A stretch of 64,000 nucleotides of DNA. Source: an uncultured Candidatus Saccharibacteria bacterium (GTDB lineage Bacteria; Patescibacteriota; Minisyncoccia; Phycocordibacterales; UBA918). This document shows, piece by piece, positions 1-10,480 of this stretch (positions are counted from its first letter, which is position 1; every line of letters begins with the position of its first letter). A model generated the notes under the pieces. The model was not told where the DNA came from. It made no database searches and saw nothing but the letters and a program-made list of their open reading frames with translations. Made by a program: the position numbers and the translations under genes. The stretch lies in assembly GCA_964611205.1 (NCBI GenBank), contig CAZSZB010000004.1, positions 12,121 through 76,120 on the forward strand, in the 5' to 3' direction.

Positions 1-31
1 AGGCGCCGGGCTTTCCTCATTGTGATCCTCT

Positions 32-1447
32 CTATTCTTTTTTGCTTTCCTCGGCTTCGGTTTCTGCTTCGGCAACTAATTCCTCAGCTTCTTCGGGAGT
101 ATCAATCTCATTGATTTCTTCAGTCTGGTCTTCATCTACTAAATCACGATCATCGGTATCCTGGTAAGCTTCTAATTCTAGTTCAGGTTTGGTAGTGGTA
201 GCATCTTCATTCTCTAGAACATCGATATCCTCACCGACTTCTGTGTCAGTTGCTACTTCTACCTCGTCACCATCGCTTTTTGCCACTTCCTCACCACCAA
301 CTGATACGATATCTATTTTCCAGCCGGTAAGTTTGGCAGCCAAACGAACATTCTGTCCACCTCGTCCAATAGCTAGTGATTGTTGGTCCGGAGAAACTTC
401 TACTATTGCGTGACCTCGAGTGTCATCAGGGCTATCTGGGTTTGGTACTGATTCTATTTTGACGGACAATACTTGAGCCGGTGATAGAGCATCTTCGATG
501 AAAGTTACTGGATCTTCACTCCATTCTATAATGTCGATTTTTTCTCCGCCGAGTTCACTCATAACAGTAGATACTCGCACACCACGTTGACCAACTAGAG
601 ATCCAACTGGATCAATATGTTCATCATGAGCGTAGACGGCTATTTTACTACGGGCTCCAGCTTCGCGAGCGATAGCTTTAACTTCTACCGCACCATTTTG
701 TAGCTCGGGAGCTTCAATAGTGAATAAACTTTCTAAGAAATTAGCGTGAGCGCGTGATAGTTTTAAGAAAATTCCTCGCGCAGTTTCATCGACGGTTAAT
801 AATAGACAACGAATCCTTTCTCCTGGTCGGTAACGTTCGCCGGGAATTTGTTCATCATAAGGCATAACACCGGTGACTCGGCCAAGATCTACATATAGGT
901 TTCCTCGTTCAAAGCGTTGTACATGTCCCATTAATATATCGCCTTCTTTTTGTCCAAACTCAGCTAGCGCTGATTCTTTTTCCGCTTCACGAATTTTTTG
1001 GATTATTACTTGTTTGGCAGTCTGGGCGGCAATACGGCCAAAATCATCTTTATTTTCAAGCGGGAATAACATTTCCTCGCCTAATTCCACATCCTTTTTA
1101 ATAAGTCGAGCAGAATCAATCAGAATGTGTTTCTCAGGATCGAAACGTATCAAACCATCTTCAGATTCAGTTTCTTCTGGTCGAGTTTCTCTCTCCTGTT
1201 CTTCTTCGTCCTCTTCAGTTTCTGGTCTCAACATTGACTCATCAACAACAATCTTGATTTGTTCAAAGTTGGTGCTTCCGGTTTCCATATCAAAAACTGA
1301 CCGGATAATTTGTCCACGTTTTCCGTATTCTTTCTTATAGGCAGTAGCTAGAGCTTGTTCAATAGCATCAAGCATGCGCGCACGAGGGATTCCCCGTTCG
1401 TTTTCCATTTCTTCTAGCACTGAGTTTATTACTTTTAGATCAAACAT
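32..1447 (-). CDS. nusA: Transcription termination/antitermination factor NusA with an acidic C-terminal tail
   Basis: The 471-aa ORF has an S1-like domain, KH domains (GRGGQNVRLA motif) and a C-terminal run of Asp/Glu. Confidence 0.9.
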   Translation of the reverse strand: MFDLKVINSVLEEMENERGIPRARMLDAIEQALATAYKKEYGKRGQIIRSVFDMETGSTNFEQIKIVVDESMLRPETEEDEEEQERETRPEETESEDGLIRFDPEKHILIDSARLIKKDVELGEEMLFPLENKDDFGRIAAQTAKQVIIQKIREAEKESALAEFGQKEGDILMGHVQRFERGNLYVDLGRVTGVMPYDEQIPGERYRPGERIRCLLLTVDETARGIFLKLSRAHANFLESLFTIEAPELQNGAVEVKAIAREAGARSKIAVYAHDEHIDPVGSLVGQRGVRVSTVMSELGGEKIDIIEWSEDPVTFIEDALSPAQVLSVKIESVPNPDSPDDTRGHAIVEVSPDQQSLAIGRGGQNVRLAAKLTGWKIDIVSVGGEEVAKSDGDEVEVATDTEVGEDIDVLENEDATTTKPELELEAYQDTDDRDLVDEDQTEEINEIDTPEEAEELVAEAETEAEESKKE

Positions 1448-1649
1448 ATGAATTTTGTTTACTTTAATATGTAGAGGTATGCCTCTTGGTTGTAATGTTC
1501 AGAATTGAATGGAGCGCACCCAAGGGGTGCGCTCCAAAACTGAATAAAGCTACTCTACCGTAGTCAATTTTAATTGTCAAAGTGTGCATTGAGATACCCT
1601 ATAATTTCTGTAGGGTACGGTATAATTATCTTTATAATAACTGGGAAGT

Positions 1650-3407
1650 TTGATCTTTTTTATGCGTATACAAGATGAACAATTAAAGCGCTTTATCACC
1701 GATGCAGGTCTGGTGTCTAAGGCTGATATAAAAAAAGCTGAACAAGTTGCTAAAGAAGAGAAACGTACCTTAGCTGAAGCTTTGATGGCTGCTGGAATGA
1801 TGAGCGAAGATGATTTACGTCGCGTGGAGTCGTATGTTCTGGGTATTCCTTTTGTTTCCCTTAAAGACACAAAGATTGATTTTTCTATACTATCCCTAAT
1901 TCCCGAACCAGTTGCTCGAAACCACAACATTATCGCTTATAAACAAAATGAAAACTCCCTTGAGGTAGCGATGCTTGATACAGCCGATTTGCCAGCCATA
2001 GATTTTATTAAGAAAAAAGTTGGTTTAAAGATTTTGCCACGCTTAACAGATGAGGGATCTATGCGCGATGCTCTGCGGCAGTACCAAAAAACTCTTAAAG
2101 CTGAATTTGGTGATATTATCGCTAAAGAATCTTCTGCTCTAAAGATTATTTCCGAAGATAGTGAAGGAGCTAGTGAAGCTGATTTAAAAAAACTGGCTGA
2201 AGATTTACCAGTTGTGAGAATCGTCGATACTTTACTCAGACACGCTATTATCCAAGGAGCCTCTGATATTCATATTGAACCGATGGAGACAGAACTACTG
2301 ATTCGTTACCGGATTGATGGAGTGTTGCGTGACGCTATGACTCTGCCTAAACATGCTGCTGCAACTATTGCTGCTCGAATTAAAGTTTTAGCTAATCTAA
2401 AATTAGACGAAAAACGTTTACCACAAGATGGTCGTTTTAAAATGGAAATGGATGGGCAGAAAGTATCTTTTCGAGTTTCGGCACTACCAATTTTCTTTGG
2501 TGAAAAAATTGTAATGCGTTTATTGCGAGAGAATCGGTCGGGCTTTAGTTTAGAGGGAGTCGGTTTCCACGGTTCGACTTTGGAAAGGGTGCAAGATGCC
2601 ACACGTCAGACTACTGGGATTATTTTAGTGACTGGTCCAACTGGCTCAGGAAAATCAACTACTCTTTATTCTGTCCTTGATTTACTCAATACACCAGAGG
2701 TAAATATCTCTACCATTGAAGATCCGGTCGAGTATCAGATGCCTCGGGTCAATCAGACGCAAGTAAAACCAGATATCGGATTTACTTTTGCGAAAGGTTT
2801 ACGTTCTCTAATGCGTCAAGATCCTGACATAATTATGGTAGGAGAAATTCGTGATCAAGAAACAGCCAGCCTAGCTATCAATGCTGCTTTGACTGGTCAC
2901 TTAGTATTGGCTACGGTACATACCAACTCTTCGTCAGCCACAGTGGCTCGTTTGCTTGATATGGGGGTAGAGAAGTTTTTGTTAGTTTCAACCCTGCGGG
3001 TAGCGGTAGGACAGCGTCTAGTTAGACGATTAAGTGACAATAGTAATTCTTATATTTTATCTGTTAAAGAGCGTGAGGCTTTAGCTAAACACGCCGATCT
3101 TGATTTAGTATTAGATACTTTGAAAGAAGAGGGGGTGGTTAAAAGTTCGGCTACTTGGAACAGTATTCCTTTTTATTACCCGTCTGAAAAAGAGGGTGGT
3201 GATGGTTATAGTGGTCGAGTAGGAATTCATGAGGTATTAGCTATGTCGCCTACCATAAAGGATTTGGTTATGGCTGATGCTACAGCTGACGATATTGAAA
3301 AACAGGCCCGTAAAGAAGGAATGCTAACTATGCTTGAAGATGGAATTTATAAAGCTGCCCGCGGCGTCACTTCAATTGAAGAGGTATTGCGTGTAATAAG
3401 CGAATAG
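1650..3407 (+). CDS. pilB: Type IV pilus / type II secretion assembly ATPase (GspE/PilB family)
   Basis: The 585-aa protein has a Walker A motif (GPTGSGKSTT) and the N-terminal domain typical of GspE ATPases. Confidence 0.85.
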   Translation: MIFFMRIQDEQLKRFITDAGLVSKADIKKAEQVAKEEKRTLAEALMAAGMMSEDDLRRVESYVLGIPFVSLKDTKIDFSILSLIPEPVARNHNIIAYKQNENSLEVAMLDTADLPAIDFIKKKVGLKILPRLTDEGSMRDALRQYQKTLKAEFGDIIAKESSALKIISEDSEGASEADLKKLAEDLPVVRIVDTLLRHAIIQGASDIHIEPMETELLIRYRIDGVLRDAMTLPKHAAATIAARIKVLANLKLDEKRLPQDGRFKMEMDGQKVSFRVSALPIFFGEKIVMRLLRENRSGFSLEGVGFHGSTLERVQDATRQTTGIILVTGPTGSGKSTTLYSVLDLLNTPEVNISTIEDPVEYQMPRVNQTQVKPDIGFTFAKGLRSLMRQDPDIIMVGEIRDQETASLAINAALTGHLVLATVHTNSSSATVARLLDMGVEKFLLVSTLRVAVGQRLVRRLSDNSNSYILSVKEREALAKHADLDLVLDTLKEEGVVKSSATWNSIPFYYPSEKEGGDGYSGRVGIHEVLAMSPTIKDLVMADATADDIEKQARKEGMLTMLEDGIYKAARGVTSIEEVLRVISE

Positions 3408-3419
3408 CTTTAATATTTT

Positions 3420-4643
3420 ATGAAATTTACATACAAGGGAAAAGATTCTAGTGGACAATCAGTTACTGAAACTGTTGAAGCCAAAGATCGTTTTGCCGTT
3501 TATGAGATAGCCAGAGAAAATGGTCATACAGTTGAAAGTGTTCATGGGGAGCGTAAATTTTCATTGTTTGGATTTCTAAATATAGAAGCTATCAATTACC
3601 ACCTGAGTCGAGTTAAAGATGACGAGTTGGTTATGATGACCAGAAACCTAGGTTCTATGTTGGTGGCTGGACTAGCTCTTTCAAGAGCTCTGTCGGTAAT
3701 CGAAAGACAGTCCAAAAACCCTAAATTAAAAGGAGTCATTAAAGATATTGAAAGTCAGATTAATAAAGGAGAAACTTTCAATACTGCTTTGGCTAAGTAT
3801 CCAAAAATATTTAGCGATCTGTATATTGCTATGGTCAGAGCAGGTGAAGAAGGAGGAAAATTATCCGAAGCCCTACACACATTAAGTGTGCAGATGGAAC
3901 AGTCTTCCGCTTTGAAGAAGAAAATTAAAGGCGCAATGATTTATCCCATTATTGTTATTGTAATTTTGGTTATCATTGGCGCCTTAATGATGATTTATGT
4001 GATGCCTTCTATCACTGGCACCTTCAAATCTTTGAATACTGAATTACCAGGCACTACTAAATTACTTATTGGGGCTAGTGATTTTATGGTTGCTCATACT
4101 GTGTCAGTGGTTATAGGAATGTTCGGATTGGTTTTTGGGTTTGTATACTTCCTTAGAACTAAGTGGGGAAAGATTACTAGTTCTTGGATAATTCCGAAAT
4201 TGCCAGTGATTGGTTATATGGCTAAAGAGGTAAATTCGGCTCGAACAGCTCGCACCTTATCGTCCTTACTTAGTTCTGGAGTAGATGTGATCCAGGCTCT
4301 TAATATTACAAAAGATGTTTTACAAAATGTTTTCTATAAAGAAATTGTGGCTGAGGCCGCTTTGCGAGTTGAGAAAGGTTTACCTTTATCTGAGGTTTTT
4401 ACAGAGCGAGATGATTTATATCCAATATTAGTAGGAGAGATGATTATGGTTGGAGAGGAGACTGGTAATATTTCTCAAATGCTAGAGCAGATGGCTATCT
4501 TTTATGAAACTGAGGTCGAGCAAAAAACAAAAGATCTCTCCACCATCATTGAACCTCTCCTAATGGTTTTTATCGGTGCCTCAGTCGGATTTTTTGCTCT
4601 AGCGATGATCGCTCCAATTTATTCTCTGTCGGATAGTATTTAA
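3420..4643 (+). CDS. pilC: Type IV pilus platform protein (GspF/PilC family)
   Basis: The 407-aa protein has duplicated T2SS-F domains and three membrane segments, and lies directly after pilB. Confidence 0.85.
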   Translation: MKFTYKGKDSSGQSVTETVEAKDRFAVYEIARENGHTVESVHGERKFSLFGFLNIEAINYHLSRVKDDELVMMTRNLGSMLVAGLALSRALSVIERQSKNPKLKGVIKDIESQINKGETFNTALAKYPKIFSDLYIAMVRAGEEGGKLSEALHTLSVQMEQSSALKKKIKGAMIYPIIVIVILVIIGALMMIYVMPSITGTFKSLNTELPGTTKLLIGASDFMVAHTVSVVIGMFGLVFGFVYFLRTKWGKITSSWIIPKLPVIGYMAKEVNSARTARTLSSLLSSGVDVIQALNITKDVLQNVFYKEIVAEAALRVEKGLPLSEVFTERDDLYPILVGEMIMVGEETGNISQMLEQMAIFYETEVEQKTKDLSTIIEPLLMVFIGASVGFFALAMIAPIYSLSDSI

Positions 4644-4647
4644 AAAT

Positions 4648-6405
4648 ATGCATTTTAAAATACCAACTTTATCTAAAACACAAAGGGGTTTTAGTTTGGT
4701 TGAGGTTATAGTAGCCGCCTCCTTACTGGTGATTATTTTTGGAGGTCTGTTTTTAGGGTTTAAATATATGATTGAGTTGGTTAGTACAACTAAAGTTCAG
4801 TCTGGAGCTTTAGCGGTGGCAACTGACGAGATGGAATATTTACGATCTTTGTCTTATAACGAACTGGGTACTGTTGGCGGTGTACCAGCTGGAAATATTC
4901 CGCAAAATAGTACTACTACCTTAAATGGCATTGTCTATACACAGGAAATTCTTATTCAGTATGTAGATGATCCGGCTGATGGTTTAGAAGGGGCTGATGA
5001 AAATTCCATTACTACAGACTATAAGCAAGTAAAAGTGAAGGCGTCTTGGGATATTAAGGGTGTACCAGGATTTATTTCGTTGGTTTCCAATATTATTCCG
5101 GCTGGCATGGAAACAACCGTCGGCGGAGGAACAATTAAAGTAAATGTATTTGATTCTAAAGTCAGTCCTTTATCTGGTATACCAGTACGTTTCGTAAATA
5201 ATACTTCGTCAACTACTATCGATACCGTTCGCTATACTAATTCAAGCGGTGTAGCTTATCTTTCGGGTGCACCAGCGGCTGCTGATTACCAAATTTTTGT
5301 AAGTGACACAGGTTATTCTACTGACAGTACATACTTAGCGACGACAGCAAACCCAAATCCTAACACTCCACCAGTTGCGGTTTTAGAAAATCAGGTCTCG
5401 ACGATGAATTTTCAGATAGATAAGTTAAGTGATTTAACAATAACCACCGTAGCTCCTAGTACCGACGAAACTTTCTCTGATAATTTTGCAGACGTATCAA
5501 AATTATCTTCACTGTCTAACACGGTGGTTAGTAGCGGTAGCTTGATGCTCGCTGGTGGTCCTGGAGCTTACGCTGTTAATGGGTTGGCTGTCAGTAATCC
5601 GGTTGCCCCCGGCACGATAAAGGAATGGCAGGCAGTTGAATTTTCTGCCACTACCAGCTCTGCAACTGGGATAAAAATTTACATAATGTCTGACCATGGA
5701 GCTGGCTTAACTCTAGTATCAGACACTGATTTGCCTGGCAATAGTTCTGGCTTTTCTAATTCACCGATTGATTTGTCTAGTTTATCAGTAACTTCTTATC
5801 CCAATTTATCTTTACAAGCTGAACTTTCTTCAAGTGATGTTAATGATACCCCTTCTATAAATGATTGGTCTTTATCATATATTAAATCCCAGTCACCAAT
5901 AGCTGGAGTTGCGGTCTCTGTTTTAGGTAATAAGACTATCGGTACAAATGAAGGGGTTCCAGTTTTAAAACATGAATACTCTGGCTCTACTAATGCCTCA
6001 GGACAAATTAATTTGTCAGATATTGAGTATGACAGATATGCCATTGTGATTAATGGGAGTAGCTATGATGTAAGTGAGGCCTGTCCGCTCGTACCATATT
6101 CTCTTAGTCCAGACACTACCGGATCTATAAAGATGACGTTGGTACCGAAGCAGAACAATAGTTTGCGAGTGAGTGTTGTCGATTCTGCCGGTCAACCTAT
6201 ACCAAATGCAGATGTTCATCTTAAGAACACGGGCATCGATGAGTTAGAATCGTCCTCCTTGTGTGGTCAAGTTTATTTTGGTAATAGCTTGTATGAATCT
6301 AGTGATTACACACTGTCGGTGGGGGCTAATGGCTATTTGTCAGAAAATTTGATCGGCCTATCAATCAGCAGCTCTTCTAATATAAGTGTTATTCTAAGTC
6401 AGTAA
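4648..6405 (+). CDS. Large protein with a prepilin-type N-terminal cleavage/methylation leader (giant pilin or pseudopilin)
   Basis: The N-terminus KTQRG|FSLVEVIVAASLL fits the prepilin peptidase motif (Gly at -1, Glu at +5) followed by a hydrophobic helix. The 585-aa protein is Ser/Thr-rich. Confidence 0.7.
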   Translation: MHFKIPTLSKTQRGFSLVEVIVAASLLVIIFGGLFLGFKYMIELVSTTKVQSGALAVATDEMEYLRSLSYNELGTVGGVPAGNIPQNSTTTLNGIVYTQEILIQYVDDPADGLEGADENSITTDYKQVKVKASWDIKGVPGFISLVSNIIPAGMETTVGGGTIKVNVFDSKVSPLSGIPVRFVNNTSSTTIDTVRYTNSSGVAYLSGAPAAADYQIFVSDTGYSTDSTYLATTANPNPNTPPVAVLENQVSTMNFQIDKLSDLTITTVAPSTDETFSDNFADVSKLSSLSNTVVSSGSLMLAGGPGAYAVNGLAVSNPVAPGTIKEWQAVEFSATTSSATGIKIYIMSDHGAGLTLVSDTDLPGNSSGFSNSPIDLSSLSVTSYPNLSLQAELSSSDVNDTPSINDWSLSYIKSQSPIAGVAVSVLGNKTIGTNEGVPVLKHEYSGSTNASGQINLSDIEYDRYAIVINGSSYDVSEACPLVPYSLSPDTTGSIKMTLVPKQNNSLRVSVVDSAGQPIPNADVHLKNTGIDELESSSLCGQVYFGNSLYESSDYTLSVGANGYLSENLIGLSISSSSNISVILSQ

Positions 6406-6406
6406 A

Positions 6407-7039
6407 GTGATTATGACTGGTTTATTTAAAATGAAAAGAGTAAGGAAGCGGGGAATGACTTTGGTTGAAGTCATGGTTTCAGTCTCATTATTCACAATAA
6501 TAATGCTAGCGGTTACCAGTAGCATTGCCGCCTTGTATAAATACAATTCTTATACTATTTCACAAACGTACCAGGTTTATCACGCTAGAAGGGGAGTAGA
6601 ATCTTTGGTGCGTGATGTGCGAGAAATGACTTTTGCTGACGACGGTTCTTTTCCTTTAGCACGGATGGAGAATAATATTATAGGTTTTTATAGTGATATA
6701 GATCGCGATGATAGTGTTGAGTATGTAGAGTATGAGTTAGCGACTACAACTATTTTGTATAAAAGAGTTTACAACGCTACCGGAACGCCAGTCACTTACA
6801 ATTTAACAGAGCCAGATGAAATTCATGTTTTATCAGAGTATGTCCAAAATATGCTTCAGGGGACATCCACTTTCTTTTATTATGATAGGTCTGGTAATCT
6901 GGCAAATAGTTCTACTCGAGTAACTGATATTGGTTTTATCAGAGTACAGGCAATAGTGAACATTGATGCCGTTAAAAACCCTGGTCAATTTATGCTTCGT
7001 GGTAGTGCTGCTTTACGTAATATAATTAATAACTCATGA
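6407..7039 (+). CDS. Minor pilin-like protein with a prepilin-type leader
   Basis: The N-terminus KRG|MTLVEVMVSVSLFTI has Glu at +5 relative to the cleavage site. Confidence 0.65.
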   Translation: MIMTGLFKMKRVRKRGMTLVEVMVSVSLFTIIMLAVTSSIAALYKYNSYTISQTYQVYHARRGVESLVRDVREMTFADDGSFPLARMENNIIGFYSDIDRDDSVEYVEYELATTTILYKRVYNATGTPVTYNLTEPDEIHVLSEYVQNMLQGTSTFFYYDRSGNLANSSTRVTDIGFIRVQAIVNIDAVKNPGQFMLRGSAALRNIINNS

Positions 7040-8451
7040 GAATTAGTCATCACAACAAGGGCGCTCTTTTGATACTAGTCCTTATATTTGGAGCTATTTT
7101 TCTTACTCTGATAGTTGGTTTTATGAGAGTTGTATTAATTCAAGTAACAGTACAGAAGGAAATGACTCACTCTGCTCAAGCTAGAGAAATAGCTGAAGCT
7201 GGTCTTGATTATTACAAGTGGCGTTTAGCTCATTATCCAGACGATTTACAAAATGGAACGAATGCACCCGGTCCTTATGTGATGGTTTATGAAGATCCTG
7301 AATTAGGTCCGGTCGGTGAATTCTCCTTGGAATTTGCTAGCACTACTTATTGTGGAGATGTGAGTTCTATTGAAATTACCTCCACCGGACATACTTATGG
7401 TAATCCGGATGTGAAGCGTACAGTCTACGGTCGCTACGCCCGACCGACGGTGGCAGAGTACGCTTATATTATAAATTCCAACGTTTGGGCTGGAGATGAC
7501 CGAACGATTATTGGACCATATCACTCAAATGGTGGAATAAGAATGGACGGAGTTAATAATTCTATAGTGACATCTGGCCAGGAGACTTGGAAGTGTGATA
7601 GCAATTATGGCTGTAGCCCGACAAAACATAACGCTAATGGAGTGATTGGGGACGGACCGAATCATGATCTATGGTCTTTTCCTAGCACCCCAATTAACTT
7701 TACTGGTTTGACAGTTGATCTGGCAAATATGCAAGATAAAGCCAAGAATGGCGGCGGCGTTTATATTCCTCCGTCAGGTAAGCAGGGTTATAAAATAGTT
7801 TTGAAATCTAACGGCACTTTTGATTTATACGTAGTAAATAAAAAAGATAATGAACCACAAGGTAACGCTTGGGGGTATCGGCTAAATAAGATTAAAAATG
7901 CAAAATATGAAGGAAACTACAACATTTCAGCTTCTTGCCCATTAGTTTTCGTTGAAGATATGGTTTGGTTGGAAGGGGAAGTCTCTGGCTTGGTTACCAT
8001 CGCTGCCGCTGACGTTGATACAGTAGGATCTGACCCCTCCATGATATTAAATAACAACATAACTTATAGTTCTGATGAAGCTGGTCTATTAGCAATAGCG
8101 GAATACGATATGTTGGTGGGATTTGATGTTCCTAATAATATGGAACTCGAAGGTATCTTTGTCGCTCAAAATGGTCACTTTGGTCGTAATTTTTATAATG
8201 CCAATGATTTACCATCTGCATGGGATCAATATGTTAAACGTAATTCCTTAACCATTAATGGCACCATAGTCTCTAATGGCAGCGTTGGAACAAAATGGAT
8301 TTGCTACGCTTGGTGGCTCGGTGAACACTATTGTTCTGGTTTTGAAACTAGATTCAATTCGTACGATCGTAATCTAGTAGATAATCCACCGCCACTGGCA
8401 CCTCGTACTTCAGATGATTTTAAATTTGTTGAATGGCTAGAGGTGGAGTAG
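7036..8451 (+). CDS. Membrane-anchored protein, possibly a pilus tip or assembly component (PilX-like); function not established
   Basis: It has an N-terminal membrane helix after NKG|ALLIL, overlaps the preceding pilin gene, and is the last gene of the pilus block. Confidence 0.4.
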   Translation: MRISHHNKGALLILVLIFGAIFLTLIVGFMRVVLIQVTVQKEMTHSAQAREIAEAGLDYYKWRLAHYPDDLQNGTNAPGPYVMVYEDPELGPVGEFSLEFASTTYCGDVSSIEITSTGHTYGNPDVKRTVYGRYARPTVAEYAYIINSNVWAGDDRTIIGPYHSNGGIRMDGVNNSIVTSGQETWKCDSNYGCSPTKHNANGVIGDGPNHDLWSFPSTPINFTGLTVDLANMQDKAKNGGGVYIPPSGKQGYKIVLKSNGTFDLYVVNKKDNEPQGNAWGYRLNKIKNAKYEGNYNISASCPLVFVEDMVWLEGEVSGLVTIAAADVDTVGSDPSMILNNNITYSSDEAGLLAIAEYDMLVGFDVPNNMELEGIFVAQNGHFGRNFYNANDLPSAWDQYVKRNSLTINGTIVSNGSVGTKWICYAWWLGEHYCSGFETRFNSYDRNLVDNPPPLAPRTSDDFKFVEWLEVE

Positions 8452-8475
8452 GTCACGATTATGCTTTAGTGGTAA

Positions 8476-8512
8476 GAAAAGAAGGGTGGCCTTTGGCCGC
8501 CCTTCTTTTCTG
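8476..8512 (+). terminator. Rho-independent terminator ending the pilus gene block
   Basis: Stem GAAGGGTGGCC, loop ttt, stem GGCCGCCCTTC, followed by TTTTC. Confidence 0.6.
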
Positions 8513-8546
8513 CATGTTACAATTATTACATTAAGAATACTGAACT

Positions 8547-9335
8547 ATGAATAAAAAACGACACACACCACTGATAATCGGTAATTGGAAATTAAATCCA
8601 ACTACTGTAGGAGAAGCCAAGCAGTTGTTTTTAAGTATAAGAAGGCAGTTAGGGAGAAGAAAAAGTGATACTCATGTATCGATAGCCCCCCCGTTTCCAT
8701 TCCTGTCTGAACTTGAGAAATTGTCCCCTTCACAGAATATTAAATTGTCAGCCCAGGATGTTTTTTTTGAAAATGCGGGAGCCCACACTGGTTTAGTGTC
8801 TTTACCTATGCTCCAAAGCGTGGGTGTCAGTTCAGTGATTGTTGGACATTCAGAATTAAGGACCAAAGGAGAGTCCGATGAAGACATTCATGAGAAGGTA
8901 AAGATTGTTTGCAAGGGTGGAAGTACCGCTATTCTTTGTGTCGGGGAAAAAGTCCGAGATCAACAGGGTGATTATTTTGGTGTTATTGAAAAACAAGTAC
9001 ACTCTGCTATCAAAGATTTACCAAAATCTAAATTAAATCAACTAGTTATTGCTTACGAACCTGTCTGGGCAATAGGAACTGGTAAGAATGCCACCCCAGA
9101 AGATGTACACGAAATGAAGTTATTTATCCAAAAAGTTTTAGTCAACATATTTGGCCGAACTGTAGTTAATAAAGTACGAATTATTTATGGTGGCTCAGTT
9201 AATGAAAGTAATGCGACTGCTTTATTAGAACAAGGCGAAGTAGATGGGTTTTTAATAGGTGGTGTTAGTTTAAAACCGACGGAATTCACTAATATAGTAC
9301 GTTTAGCAGAAAGTTATGAAAAAACTGCCGTTTAA
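8547..9335 (+). CDS. tpiA: Triosephosphate isomerase
   Basis: Motifs LIIGNWKLN and AYEPVWAIGTG are present. Confidence 0.9.
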   Translation: MNKKRHTPLIIGNWKLNPTTVGEAKQLFLSIRRQLGRRKSDTHVSIAPPFPFLSELEKLSPSQNIKLSAQDVFFENAGAHTGLVSLPMLQSVGVSSVIVGHSELRTKGESDEDIHEKVKIVCKGGSTAILCVGEKVRDQQGDYFGVIEKQVHSAIKDLPKSKLNQLVIAYEPVWAIGTGKNATPEDVHEMKLFIQKVLVNIFGRTVVNKVRIIYGGSVNESNATALLEQGEVDGFLIGGVSLKPTEFTNIVRLAESYEKTAV

Positions 9336-10458
9336 AAGTATTACAGAGTGTCAGCAACTAAAAGGAAAATACGTATTACTACGGGCTTCTACAAATGTAC
9401 CTATAAAAAATGGAGAGGTGAGTAACCAGTTTAGATTAGTTCGAGGTTTAGCAACCGTACGTTATTTAGTTTCAGAAGGGGCTAAAGTAATTATTGTTGG
9501 TCATGTCGGTAGTGACGGATCAATAAGTATTAAACCAGTTGCTGATATTTTTGCTCAACATATCAAGTCTTCATTTGTTCCGGCCATAACTGGAGCGGTA
9601 GTAAAAAATACTAGAGACAAAATGCAAGATGGTGATGTTATTTTTTTAGAAAATATTCGACGTGATCCTAGAGAAAAGGAGAATGATTCTGATTTCGCTC
9701 GCGAATTAGCTGACCTGGCAGACATTTATGTTAATGATGCTTTTGCTGCTTCACATCGAGTTCATACATCTTTGGTTGGTGTACCACTTTTGCTTCCCTC
9801 CTATGTGGGTTTGAATTTTGTTCACGAATACGAAGAGCTGACAAAGGCTAGACACCCCAAATCACCATCCCTATTTATGCTCGGTGGTGCCAAGTTTGGT
9901 ACCAAATTACCTTTAGTCGAAAAGTTCCTCGACATTTATGATTGCGTTTTTATTGGAGGAGCTTTAGCAAATGATTTTTTCAAAGCTAAGGGTTATGAAG
10001 TTGGTAGATCGATGGTATCAGAAGTAGATTTGTCTGATAGTCCATTACTTAATAATGATCGTGTTTTAGTACCAGTAGATGTGACTGTTCAAAATGGCGT
10101 CGGTGAAACCAGAGTGTGTGCACCAAATGAATTGAAAGTCGATGAAATTATTTATGATATGGGGCCAGCAACGGTTACTCTATTAAAACTAATGATTGAG
10201 AAGGCAGCCACGGTTTTGTGGAATGGTCCATTTGGTGATTATGAAAAAGGCTTTGATCAATACACAAAAGAAGTTGCTAGTTTGGTAGCGCTAGCAAAAT
10301 GCTACTCAGTGGTTGGGGGAGGAGATACAGTAGCTTCTATAGAAACCTTAGGCTTACAAGATAAATTTAATTTCATGTCGACGGCTGGCGGAGCCATGCT
10401 TACCTTTTTAGAAACAGGCACCTTACCTGCTATAGAAGCTTTGAAAAATAAAGATTGA
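9316..10458 (+). CDS. pgk: Phosphoglycerate kinase
   Basis: The 380-aa protein matches PGK over its length and overlaps the end of tpiA by 20 nt. Confidence 0.9.
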   Translation: MKKLPFKSITECQQLKGKYVLLRASTNVPIKNGEVSNQFRLVRGLATVRYLVSEGAKVIIVGHVGSDGSISIKPVADIFAQHIKSSFVPAITGAVVKNTRDKMQDGDVIFLENIRRDPREKENDSDFARELADLADIYVNDAFAASHRVHTSLVGVPLLLPSYVGLNFVHEYEELTKARHPKSPSLFMLGGAKFGTKLPLVEKFLDIYDCVFIGGALANDFFKAKGYEVGRSMVSEVDLSDSPLLNNDRVLVPVDVTVQNGVGETRVCAPNELKVDEIIYDMGPATVTLLKLMIEKAATVLWNGPFGDYEKGFDQYTKEVASLVALAKCYSVVGGGDTVASIETLGLQDKFNFMSTAGGAMLTFLETGTLPAIEALKNKD

Positions 10459-10480
10459 CGATAAAAACGGAGCTTTTTAA

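Noticed and set aside
189-1340. Plus-strand ORFs 189-413 and 873-1340 inside nusA
   Set aside because: They are antisense to a well-supported NusA gene, with low-complexity Ser-rich translations typical of reverse frames.
1500-1545. Hairpin GGAGCGCACCC aagg GGTGCGCTCC in the nusA/pilB divergent intergenic region, considered as a terminator
   Set aside because: No T-run follows on either strand. It may be a regulatory hairpin, but this cannot be supported further from sequence alone.
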